Of a DNA stretch of 64,000 nucleotides, positions 13,248 through 25,100 are shown in pieces. The first letter of the stretch is position 1, and each line of letters starts with the position of its first letter. The DNA is from Camelus dromedarius (taxonomy: Eukaryota), in the NCBI RefSeq assembly GCF_036321535.1, contig NC_087437.1, positions 4,278,001 through 4,342,000 on the forward strand, given 5' to 3'. A model generated the notes under the pieces. The model searched no databases. It saw nothing but the letters and a program-made list of their open reading frames with translations, and was not told the origin of the DNA. A program made the position numbers and the translations under genes.

Positions 13248-13480
13248 CAGTATTTCTCAAGCTTTAATATGCACAAGAATTACCTGGGCATCTTTTTAAT
13301 TTTTTTAACATTTTTTAATTGCGTTATAGTCATTTTACAGTTTTGGGTCAAATTCCAGTGTAAAGCATCTTTTTTAAATGCAGGGTCTGATTCAGTAGTT
13401 CTGGAGTGGGCCCTGAGATTCTGCATTTTTAACAATCCCTTAAATTAGGATGCTGGTCTTCTGAAAACACTTTGAGTTAG
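13248..13480. mobile_element. MER5-like element containing a ~75 bp antisense L1 3'-terminal insertion (~13292-13365)
   Basis: ctgattcagtagttctggagtgggccctgagattctgcatttttaacaa; the inner fragment is flanked by gcatctttt(t) repeats. Confidence 0.7.
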
Positions 13481-13985
13481 TAAAAGATTAGGTTATATCT
13501 ACTGAGGTGTGACATAACTGAGAATCTCTTTCTGATACCTTTTCAACTAGCCACCTAGAGCAATCGAAATCAGTGCTAATAGAAATAGAACACAAGGCAT
13601 ATACAGAATGTGACTGTAGAATCCTTGGGTCTCATTCCTTTTGTTTTCCCTCTTAGCTCTTTGCCTCTGAGTTATTATCTTCTGGAATCTGATGTTATGG
13701 AGATAATTCATATGGCTAGCCGAATTTATTTTTAATTTTTCTGCCTGGAAGTTTACCAATTGTCCTCAATAACATCATGATAATTTTTGTTTTTGTTTTC
13801 TGGAATATAACGAGGTTTTTGATCCTGCCAGATGTTCTTTTACTTTGGGAAAGTTTTCATCGAATTCCATATTTCCTCAATTAGAAGATTTTTTCACATT
13901 CAGTCTTAAACTGATTAATAACTTGTAAGTAGATTGTTTATTTAATAATTTATTGTTTCTTTTTATTCCCCCAAAAGCTATTTTG

Positions 13986-14340
13986 TTTTTTTATTTTTTT
14001 AATTTTATTTTATCGAGTTATAGTCAGTTTACAATGTTGTGTCAATTTCCAGTGCAGAGCACAATTTTTCAGTTATACATGAACATACATACATTCATTG
14101 TCACATTCTTTTTCACCGTGAGCTACCACAAGATCTTGTGTGTATTTCCCTGTGCTATACAGAATAATCTTGTCTTTCTATTCTATATATACCTGTCAGT
14201 ATCTACAAATTTCGAACTTCCAGTCTGTCCCTTCCCACCCCACTCCCCCTCCGGCAACCACAAGTTTGTATTCTATGTCTATGAGTCTGTTTCTGTTTTG
14301 TATTTATGTTCATTTGTCTTTTTCCTTTTCTTTTTTTTTT
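13986..14340 (-). mobile_element. Young camelid L1 3' end
   Basis: Matches the 3'UTRs at 27270 and 32800; flanked by aagctattttg repeats. Confidence 0.88.
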
Positions 14341-17300
14341 CCCCTCAGAAGCTATTTTGAAATTAATGGTACATCTTGAAATTAATGATAGTTTGAGATC
14401 AAATACGTTTTACATTTATTTCAGTTCCTTTTGGTCTCTTTTCTTTTTCCCATGAAGTCCACATAGTCCTATGCTGTTTCTCTGTTGTTTTCCATCACTA
14501 TTACTCTCTTTCACCAGTTTTTCCCTCTGCGACCTGTGAAATTTTTCCCCAAGCTGGCAAAATGCTGATTGGAACCCAGGCAGGTGGGCTCTAAGTCCAA
14601 ACTCAGTTTTCCACACGGCTGACTTACATCTAGCTGTTTCTAGTTCGGGTTTGGGTTTTGTAATGGTCTTATTCTCCTTCTGTGCCTTCCTTGGCTTTGC
14701 CTTTCACTATCTCTTGCATTTTTTTGCGCTCTTTCTTTACAAAACCTGTTTTCTCTGACACCTTAGAGTTTGGAGTCATTTTCTTCTGTTTCCTGGAATA
14801 ATTCTTCATCTTTGTTTTGCATGTAACATAAATATTTCCTTGTTTATTGGAAGTGTTTTTGCATTAGACCCATACTGGTGCTATGGGTTTTCTGTGCAGC
14901 CTCTGAGTGTGTGTGGGGGGTGGCTGTTTGAGGTAGGAGTGTGAGATGAGGGCAGTAAAGTTTGGATCCAACAGAAGTTGGTCCTGTACATTTCACGTTC
15001 ATGGTTCTCAGCTATTTTGTAGTTTATTGCTATTAAGAACAGACATTTTCCTCTCATTATACTTTTGGCTGCTTGTTACTACTTATAGAGAAGCTATTGA
15101 TTTTTTTTTCTGGATTTATTTTGTCATCAGGAATCTCAACTAACTCAATTAATTTTCCGTTGTTTCTTTTAGTTATGGTCCACCTGGACCAACAAGCATT
15201 TACGTGTTTCTTATTATGTGTCATGATTCTTTGTCTTTATCTTTACAACGTCTTTGTGAGGTGAGTGCTACTACTTGCCCATAAGACAGGAGAAGATAGT
15301 AATGTTAAATGTCTTACCCATGTTCACACAGCTAGGAAGGGATGAAATGTTGATTGGAACCCAGGTAAGTGGGATCGTAAATCATTCTACCATTTGCAAA
15401 TTTTGATTATGTTATCTCTCAAATTTGTGCGTTTTTAACAAGTGCACAAATTTGTTTTCTTACTTAATTGTAATCATTGAAATAAAGTATGTGGAGTCAC
15501 CTTAACTTTCTCATTTCTTCTACAACCTGCACCCTCTCCATGAAGGAGATGAACGGCGTGTCAGGAAAGCTGAGGTCTAGGGTAGCTCTGTACTAACTGG
15601 GCATGAGCTCTTGGGCAAGGTTTTAATAATCCCAAGCCTCAACTTTCTCATCAGTGAAGTGGTAATAAAAAAAAAAAAAGTAGATGTGTTTATGTGTTTA
15701 ACTTTGGATATCACTGTGAGATTTAAATACAACCACTTTAATAAACTGCTTCAAGACCTAGACAGAGATACCATTATTACCACAATATCACATTCAGAGT
15801 ACTTCTCCTCCAAGGGGCTGTCCGCTTGACTTGAACATCCTCAAGCCATCGAGTTGCCTAGAAACTTCTATTGTTCCATTTTCTCTTCCACCTTCTATTC
15901 CTCAGTGCACACACACGTGCAAACCACTACCCACCACAACCACGGTCACTTGCTCTTCTCCAAAGAACCATTCTTGTCCCGCATCCATGCTGCGGAGGCC
16001 TCTAGCTGCCTCCCTATTACCTGATGTTCCACCTTTCTTTATTAAGAGAACCTCCATACCAAGAGATGGATGGGGCAACATGCTCAGCAATAAGAACATA
16101 GTTCCAAACCTCCTTTGTAGCAAAGGTTAGCTGATGAAATATACACAGAAAGTAGATGGCCCAGCAGAAAAGTAGGTCTTTGTGCACAGTACTTGTGCCC
16201 ATAATACTGATGAAGAAACTGAGGGTCAGAGCGGTAATACAGCTTGTCTCAAAACTGGAGGTCTCTCTGCCTGCAGAGATATGCTCTTTCCACTGCCCTA
16301 CACTGCCTTTACAAAGATCTCTTCTCCTATTCTTGGCTCTTCGTGTCCCTTAATATCTTCCAAAATGATGATTAGCTAATCACGTTAAGGGAGAAGGTTC
16401 AGGGTGTCACCTGGGACCCTCAAATAATTTGGAATTTTACAACAGCCTTTCAGAGACTAAGTCTTGAATCACAGTATGCCCCCAAAGAGTGGCTTGAAGG
16501 ATCAGAATTCAGACAAGTCAGAGGAACCTAGGGCAGTACCATTGGGCACTGGAGATTGACAGGGGTGACAGATGCTCACAACTGTGACACGCACCACCAG
16601 CTGGCTCTTCCTTAGAAGCTGGCATGCATTTTGCTTGTATCTTAGGCTCCAGTTTTACTCAGTACCCACCTCCTCCTCCTCTGCAGAGAGGACCTGGATC
16701 TGAGATCCTATGAAATAGACAGGAACATCCTAAAAGCACACTGCAATGCAATGAAAAGGACACATCTCAGGGGAGTTTCTGTCCTCTATTGTCAGAGCTA
16801 AAGGGTAGATACTCCCGGACTCAAAATTCTTCCCTTCTAAAAGGTGATTTGAACTTGGAGGAGGAAAATCACAACATCCAATAACATGAAAACAAGACCT
16901 AGGTTGTAAATCTCCTACTTCGTTACAGAAGGAGGCTGAGTACATGCTCTTTGAATACTTAGGAACAAGCATGTGCAGTCATGATTCAGGCGAATATTTA
17001 CCGTGGCAAACTGTATTTTCACAGGCCTGTGACATACCTAGCAGTGGCTTCCAATTTCACCAACACGTCCAAAGCTGATTTGAAACAGAAGTTAGTCTTT
17101 GAAATCTGTGAACAAGGCTTTTAGATGTTTTAACTTAAAATGTGCATACATAATTAGTGATAGGATCGTGATATTAAGTATTTTCTCTGTTTTAACATAT
17201 TAATAAGGATTCAGTGTGACAACCATACAGCAGGTAGGGAACTCTGGGGAGATACTGTGGGATGCTGCCAGCAAGTGCTACCTCAAAACTATACATCCTG

Positions 17301-17344
17301 CCTCCAAAACTCAAAAACAAAAACAAAACAAAAACCATACATCC

Positions 17345-17830
17345 TTATGTGTACAATGGATACTACTCAACCATAAAAAAATAATAAAATAATGCCATTT
17401 GCAGCAATATGGATGGACCCAGAGATTATCATTCAAAGTGAAGTAAGCCAGAAAGAGAAAGAAAAATACCATAGGGTATCACTCATATGTGGAATCTTTA
17501 AAAAAAAAAAAAAAAGACAAATGAACTTATTTACAAAACAGAAAGAGACTCACATAGAAAGCAAACTTATGGTTACCAGGGGGGAAAGGGAGTGGGAAGG
17601 GATAAACTCGGAGTTCAGGATTTGCAGACACTTACTACATATAAAATAGATAAACAGCAAGTTTATACTGTATAGCTCAGGGAACTATATTCAATGTCTT
17701 ATAATAACCTATAATGAGAAAGAATATGAAACAAATATATGTGCACATGTATGACTGAACCATTATGCTGTGCACCAGAAATTGACACAACATTGGAAAC
17801 TGACTATACTTCAATAAAAAAATTTTTAAG
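17345..17830 (+). mobile_element. 5'-truncated L1
   Basis: ORF2 end ([12 protein letters not shown]) and 3'UTR; TSD aaaccatacatcc on both sides. Confidence 0.9.
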
Positions 17831-18853
17831 ATAAACCATACATCCCGTATCCACCCATAGATGAGAGGAAAACAGAAATTTGCATTTGCTCCAAAGTTTC
17901 CAAATGAGTCAGTAGTGGATTTAGATTTAATATTTAAATTAAGCCACCCAAAGATTAGACAAAGGAGAACCAAACAACACAACTGACACCAGACCAATCA
18001 TAGAACCTTCATCATCCAGTATTTCATGAATGGGGTCCCTGGTTCATCAGCAGAAACTGTTCAGAAACTTGCAGAATGGGGAACCACATGATTTGGGTAT
18101 ACATGGCATCCATATTTGTTTCTAAGGAGCTTCCCCAAAGCAATGGATTTCTTCTCCGAGTTTGTACAAGGCAGCTTGCTGTGGCATTGGACTCCTCAGA
18201 GAAGACAACTAATTGTCTCTCTCACTTTGATTCTTAAGAAATCTCAGGGACTCTATTTATTCTATTCATAAAATATATCACAGCATGCAAATATCAGTAC
18301 AAAGATCAAAAAATGTGTCTTGCCAATGTGAAAGTGAAGCTTTTTTTTCCTTTAAGATTTCCTTCAGAACTCTCAAAATAAATACCTCTTCCAAAATATC
18401 TATGCTGGCATTCCAGGTTAACAACAAGAACAAAAATCAACTTCAGAAGGCACACTTAAATACCTAAAGCCAAAATAAAAGTGCGGTATGAAGCACTACA
18501 CCAAATTACAAAGATCTTGGTTAAGAAAAAAATACACCAGTTTGGAGATCCTAAGAACCAGTAACTCCCTCCTTCATTTTGATAGAACCTTGCACATAGA
18601 ATAAACTCAGAAATGTTTGTTAACGCCAGTTAAGTGCTGTTTTGAGGAAAGCTCAAAGATGTTAGTTCGCAGTTTGAAACAGAATAGCAATCCCCACCAA
18701 CCATGAGTATTTCAAAGTTCTTGTTAGGCAATTTCTGAATATATCCCTGTATCTAATGCCTTATGGCTCAGGGTCCCTGCACCCACCTCTGTTTATTTGC
18801 CGGTTCCTGCGTGGGGTGAGGGGCCCAAGTGCTAGCCTAAATGACCTGTATGT

Positions 18854-19049
18854 CATTGGTTATCAAACTTCAGCTGCATAAGAATCTCCAGGGGGGCTTG
18901 TTAACACACGCATTTCAGAGCCCATCCCTCCCCGCCCCGGAGATTCGGGCTCAGCAGGTGCGGGGTGGGGCCCGTTAATTCGCAGTTCTAACAAGGTCCC
19001 AGGGTATGGAGCTGCTTCTAGTCCTTGGACCACACTTTCGATAGCCCTG
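18854..19049. mobile_element. MER5A-like hAT element at the CpG-island edge
   Basis: cattggttatcaaacttcagctgcataagaatc...ggaccacactttcgatagccctg. Confidence 0.75.
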
Positions 19050-19220
19050 CTCCAAGGTCCTTTCCAATTCTAAAAACCCAGTCTCAACCTTTTGCAAAAT
19101 TCCTTGAAGTCCGGGATATAGGGCGTCCTCCAGGTGCGAAATCATCAGAATGTACTCACGCCTAGGCACCTGTCCTCCTCCGCCCCCTTCAGGTCCCAAA
19201 CCCCCGCACGCCGCACTCAC

Positions 19221-19375
19221 CGAGCTTTCCTGGGGTCTGGGGCCACTGAGAACCCCGCAGAGTACCCCAGCTCCCCGAGGGCTGCAGGAGCGCCGGGGCG
19301 CAGTGCCCGCGCGCGGCCGGCCGGGGAAGAGCGCGGAGCCGGGAAGCGGCCGGGAAGCCGCAGGTGGTACCCGGC
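19221..19375 (-). other. COL6A5: Probable non-coding exon 1 of COL6A5 (start site approximate)
   Basis: GC-rich segment with no ATG, directly downstream of a TATA-like TTTAAAG and ending in a consensus donor CTCG|GTGAGT (19220-19215). It lies in the only clear CpG island upstream of exon 2. Confidence 0.7.
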
Positions 19376-19409
19376 GCGCAGCGCCCGCGCGGCTCTTTAA
19401 AGCCGGCGC

Positions 19410-19422
19410 TGACCCTTGACCT
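19410..19422 (-). promoter_or_regulatory. DR1 nuclear-receptor element AGGTCA-A-GGGTCA
   Basis: Plus strand TGACCCTTGACCT, about 8 bp upstream of the TATA-like box. Confidence 0.5.
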
Positions 19423-20199
19423 CAGCTTGCAGGCTGACGATGAACTCCTCCCGCGTTTCATGCGAGTGTCCGGAGACGCTCCAGCTGTTGGCTCTGACGA
19501 GGCGTTTCGGGGGAAGACGGGGGCTGCCAAAAAAGAACTTGGGAAGGCAGTTTCTCAGAAACCTAGGGCAACCTTTATCTGCTGGCCGCTGAGTTGAGGC
19601 CACCGCTGCTACTGGGCTGAGGACTGGCCGGCCATTTGGCTCCAGCGGGTTCCTCAGCGGTTTCCTCCGCTACCCTGCAGAGAACCAGAGGACAGTCTCG
19701 AGGGCGGGGGCTGGGGGGAGGACAGGGCGATGTCCCGAAGCGGAGGTCGGAGAGGGACCAGAGAGCGCACCTGTACAGGTAGCAGGAGCTGCCCTGCAGC
19801 GCCCTGGAACGGGAGCCAGGGAAGTGGGGCAGGCATCAAAAATCAAGTTCTGATTTCTCACAGAGATGACAATGAAGAACTTGAAGGCTTTTTTTTTTTT
19901 TTTAACTGTAGGTAAATTACACCACAACAAAACAACTTAAGAAACCTAATGACAGTAGTGGATATAATAAATCAAATTTAAAAACAATCTGAGACCATAC
20001 TGACGCTAAAAATTGTAAATAAATCAATGGAGAGAAGGAGCAAAAGACCTTCTTTATCACAGAATGCCAACTAATAAATGTACAAGGAATGATAAAGTTA
20101 AAACAGCAACATTTTCGAGGCTATCATCATAACTGGGCAAAAGAGGCATTAAGATTTTTGATGAAAATTTGCTGGAGAACAAGATTTTTATACAGATTA

Positions 20200-20375
20200 C
20201 TTTTTTAAACTGAAGTATAGCTGAGTTATAATGTTCTGTCAGTTTCTGGTCTACAGCATAGTGATTCAGTTACACATAGATATTCTTTTTCAGATTCTTT
20301 TTCATTGTAAGTTATTTTAAGATGTTAAATGTATTTCCCTGTGCTATACAGTAGGAATTTGTTGTTTATCTAGAG
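20200..20375 (-). mobile_element. Short L1 3' end
   Basis: tgaagtatagctgagttataatgtt...ttccctgtgctatacagtagg. Confidence 0.8.
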
Positions 20376-21954
20376 GGGCTTTTTTTAATGTTTGTTTGTT
20401 TGTTTGTTTGTTTCTCATGGACATGGACCCACAGTTGGGATTTTATAGGTAAACATGTTCCCAGCTTGTGCAGTTGGATTCAATCTTTTATTTGTTTTAG
20501 TCTGTTGCTGTAGCCTGCCTGCTTCTCGGCTGTCCACGAAGAGACATGGGGAAATTACTTACACTGATGAAAGTTTATTAAAAGGCCAAGAGGAAACATG
20601 AGAGGTGGGAGCCCCCGCCTTGCTCAGCAAGGACCTCTGGGGCACTAGGCTTCTTGATTCTGGAACTGCTCCTTAAGTTAATCAGGAAGTTTCCAGGTGT
20701 ATCTGAGGAAGAATGTGGTTGGAAGGATGGAAAGAGGGAAGTTGAACGAGGGCTGTCGGGACCTTTTCCTTTGACTATTATTTTTTTAACCAAGGGAACA
20801 CAAATATGTGTGAACTTGTAACTGGTTTTCTTTTTGCTTTTTACTAATAAGGAGGAAATGGTTTTCCCCAGAAGACAGTGTATTTGCTCTAAGCTAAAGG
20901 TGACCTAGACTTCTGGAATCTACTTAAAACAGTCAGGAAGCCAGGGGGTTCTGCACAGGACACCCTCAAATGCTCAATTTGAACACAGTTCTGTTCAGTT
21001 GGGGGGGGAGGTCTCCTCCTGGTCCTCAGGGGTCAGCACCCCCAAACCTGCCTGACCTGGTTCCTCCCTCTTAAGGTTTTCCTCTCATGTGTGTGTGTGT
21101 GTGTGTGTTGGGGGGGTGGGAGGTGTGCTGAGTATCCATGGTCCCTGGCAGCGCCCACCAGACCTGTTCTGACTGTCAAACTTGGCCCCGCTCAGTAGTC
21201 CCCCAAGATATGTCATGAGAACAGAGACCACAACCCAACAAAAGCAAAATGGCGGGGAGAGGTGGGCGGCTGCACTCCTGGTACACCACCACCTAGCATC
21301 ATTTCTGGAACATAATCAGAAAAAAAACCTCAAGATGCCAAAGAATGGTTTCCCCACTTGAGGTGCACGCCACACCCCACCCCAAGACTCAACCTTTAAC
21401 ATCAGCAGGTCTCAGGTCCTGTCCGGGCAAGGTCAGAACGTGGGGCCTCAGGGACCAAATACCGTTGCAGTTCCCACTTGTGCCGGGCCTCGGGGGGAGC
21501 TGTGCTCACGCTGTGTCCAGACATCCCCAGCTGACAGAGACTAGTTAGTTGAGTCGTTCTTTTCCAACCAAGAGTGAAATCCCCAGGGAGGGAAGGAGGC
21601 TGACTTCACTTCAGGAGAAGGGTGGGGTTCTCCCCTTCCAACTACAGCAGCAGCATTTAAATAATGTTAGCACAACAGGAAGCTGGCTTTTTGGAGTAAC
21701 TTTTCTGGAAAGTATTATTGTGGGAATGTTTTTTACAATTGAGGTTTCACAATCATACAGTCATATAAAAGTGACTTTGGGGGTTGACAGCCTTTTCCAG
21801 AGAGCTCAACCCTTCTTTTTCCTTTCTTCTGTTTGTAAAATTCAAACAAGTCTTTTCCCTAAAGAAATTATAATGCAAAATCTGTCCTCTACTGAGAATT
21901 ACATTTACTCTACTAAGGATGCATAAATTTGTTTCATAAAATAAGGGTTTTTTT

Positions 21955-22145
21955 TTTTTCTCCTTTTTTGTTTTTAATTGAAATATAGTCAATTTACAAT
22001 GTGGTGTCAACTTCTGGTGTACAACATAATGTTTCAGTCATACATATACATACATATATTCCTTTTCATATTCTTTTTCATTATAGGTTACTACAAGATA
22101 CTGAACATAGTTCCCTGCGCTATGCAGAAGAAACTTGTTTATCTA
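21955..22145 (-). mobile_element. Short L1 3' end
   Basis: ttgaaatatagtcaatttacaatgtgg...ttccctgcgctatgcagaag. Confidence 0.8.
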
Positions 22146-25100
22146 GAAAGTAGGAGTTTTAAGCTGAACTTTTGAAGGAATTTAAGATACTAAAACCACC
22201 ACATTTTCAATTTCTTCACACAGAAAATAGATTAATTGGACTTATATTTATCTGGCTTTGGTATTGAATAAAAGAAAAGAAATCCAGAGTTTCAAAATTG
22301 TGGTAAGGATATTCAGTGTTTTCCCAGAATTCATCATTAGTTACATTTCTTTTTCATTAGCTCAGCCACTACAGTCTGCGGTTTCTGCAACTGTTTTAAG
22401 TAAGGAGATAACTATTAGACTGAGTACAGCAACTGTGCTCTACTCTGCACTTTTTAATTCTCACAGAGAAATATTATTTCCAAAACTGTGGAACCCATAC
22501 TATAAGAAAGGACACAGGATGATCTGCGGCCAGAGATGATTTAAATGAAGTGATGGAATTTCTCCCTGGTGCAATCAGAATTATTAGAAGAAGCGGGGGG
22601 AAAGTAAGCACTTCTCTCACCAACTGACCGTGTATCACTCTATTGTGCCTGTACACCAGTAGGTAAAATAATCGATAAACAAAATGCAATATTGATAATG
22701 AACTTTCTTGTTTCTGTATTAAACTATGTAGGAATCTGGTATACCTTCTTTTCTCTATGTGAAGCCATACTGAGAACAAGGGGGGATTGAAACATAGGAA
22801 AAACAGCATGATGATCATGGATTTCTGCTCCTGATTCAAAGTGGGCAAGAAGGAGAATTTTGCCCCGAGTTTCTCAGCCTGTCAGATTTTCAAAGACCAA
22901 CCAAACTAGGAGCCCAGGCACTTGGGGTAGAAATCAGCTTCATCATGGAAGGTACTGAGGCAAAGCCCAGGCAACATATTGATGTAGATGCAACTCGTCT
23001 TTGATGTCCCATAATCATTGTCCTTTGCATCCTTTCAGGCCCCAGCCCTCCCCCGATATGTCATCCCCAATGTTCACCCTAGTGCTGTCGAGGGTCAGAG
23101 CTGTTGACCTCCAGTCAAGAGTCAAGTGGAGGGGCCTTCAGGAGGACAAAGTACGCCTCTCCTGTAGTACAAACGCCCCCGACTCCCTCTACAAGCATCC
23201 TTGGACTTGCAGCTAGGACGCAAGCCCAGGAGAACAACGAGGAAGAGAGGGATGCTGAGCTATAGCTGAGCACAGAGCACAGAGCAGCAGGCCAGCCTCA
23301 AGTGTCCAGCTGGAGTCTGAACTTTGGACTGCTTACCAGTCCTCCTGGAAGAGAAATCTGATTTGAAACTCACCTCGTGAAAAAACGCAATGGGTCCCCA
23401 ATCTCCCAGGACAGAGTTCAACATAGAACAAGGGAGAGAAGTTCTTTACCGATCTCGATGCTGTCTGCTTTTCTAACTTACACCCAGATCAAAGCTACCT
23501 TGCTGTGGCCCGCACATACCATTCCATCCATACCTTCATGCTTTTGCAATTGCTATTTCCATTTGCCCGCCTAGTAAAATGCTAGTGAGCCTCAAAGAGT
23601 CCCTGCGATGTTACCTCCTCTATGAAGCCTCTTCCCATCATCACCTCCACTCAGTGATCATTATCCTGACCTCTACCACAGTCTATACAGACAGGAACAG
23701 AGATACAGACACCCATGCAAATTACAGTCTCAACACTGGAACCATTAACTTTCCTGTCTATACTGGACATCAATCGTCCAGGATAAGATTCTTAGAAGAA
23801 CATTCCCTTCCTCTCTCCTGGGAACTTTTTTTTCTACCTGCGTGATTCCGAAGAGAACTGCCATTTCTTCAGGGTACCACCTCCCTAGCCTAGTTCTTGG
23901 TCTGGGGACGACCCTGATCCCCTGATCCCCAGGACCAGTCAGCCCTGGAATCTTGGGTTCAGAGACTGAGCCTCCATTCGTCAGCAGATAAATGTGAGTC
24001 TGAAGGCTGATGGAAGCCACATTCCAGGCACTGTGAATGAAGACTATTAAAGACTAGAGTTGATCTGCAGAGAAGAGAAAGGAAGAGCCTTCTGGGGGCG
24101 TTAAAGTTCCATGTTGCACCATCTTTAAACTTCTTCCTTCCCACAACGTGTGCCCATTGGCCAGGAAATATCCATTCTTGACCAAAACTAGTTAGTTACG
24201 TTTCATTCAATTAAAGAAGCTTGTCTAATATAATGACTGTTTCACCCTCTTCATCTTGAATGCATTTGATGACAGAAACCATCTTTTACTCATTTTGGTA
24301 TCTCAGAACTGTCCTGAATGTCGGTGACATGATATCATGTACACACGAACACCGTGTGGAGAGAAGCGAAGCAGTTCTCTGTTTATTGATTCTTGGAAAA
24401 GGGTTTATATAGGACATGCACGATGCCTCACATATCATCTAAGTTGTGACAATGTTAATAATCTTAATCTATTTAGGTCCCCAAGTTCCTGCAGTAACCA
24501 CAGGATGTTACATGATCAAGGACAGATTTTTTTAAAGTTCGTCACAAAACTTCATTAAGTAGGCCATTTCTTATCCAGCCTGGATACGTGACATTCCTCA
24601 CAGCTTGTTTATCAGTTCAGCCCATGGCTTATTCTCTAGAGCCTTCAGCCGGGGGCCTACACTGAAGTAACCTGGGAATAAAAGGCACCACTGTAGGAAA
24701 AACCAACAGTGATGTTCTCTGTCTCCATTTGAAATAAAGAGTTCATCACAGGAAACTCCAGCAGGTCTCAGATCCCATTCAATGGCTGGTGCTGTGTGTG
24801 TTAAGTACACACCATGTGTAATGTTCAACAACCACTGCTAAGCAGGTGGGCAAGTCCTCGGAATGTCAAGTCCGCAGGGAGGATTTTCAGGAGTAGGTCA
24901 AATTCCATTCAGATTGCAAAAAATATGCCATCCCCAAACCCGGTACTATTGGGATGTTAAAACTGGTGATGTTATCAACGACTGAGGTCAATTTACCAGG
25001 AAAGTTAAATCTTAGAGGAGCTGCTGTACCCTGGTGAGTGTGGGACCTCAATTTTCCTGCTTTTATTTTATTAGGTTACTAAAGAGATCAAGTTTAGATC

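Larger units (their letters stand above)
18930..19830. promoter_or_regulatory. CpG island / COL6A5 promoter
   Basis: Dense CpG and GC content (e.g. gcgcggccggccgggg, gcgcccgcgc) in an otherwise AT-rich, CpG-depleted window. TATA-like CTTTAAAGAG on the minus strand at ~19393-19402; GC box gggcgggg at ~19702. Confidence 0.85.

Noticed and set aside
19134..19930. Multiple GC-rich ORFs in the CpG island
   Set aside because: Stop-codon depletion in GC-rich DNA; low-complexity Arg/Pro/Gly/Ala peptides with no domain.
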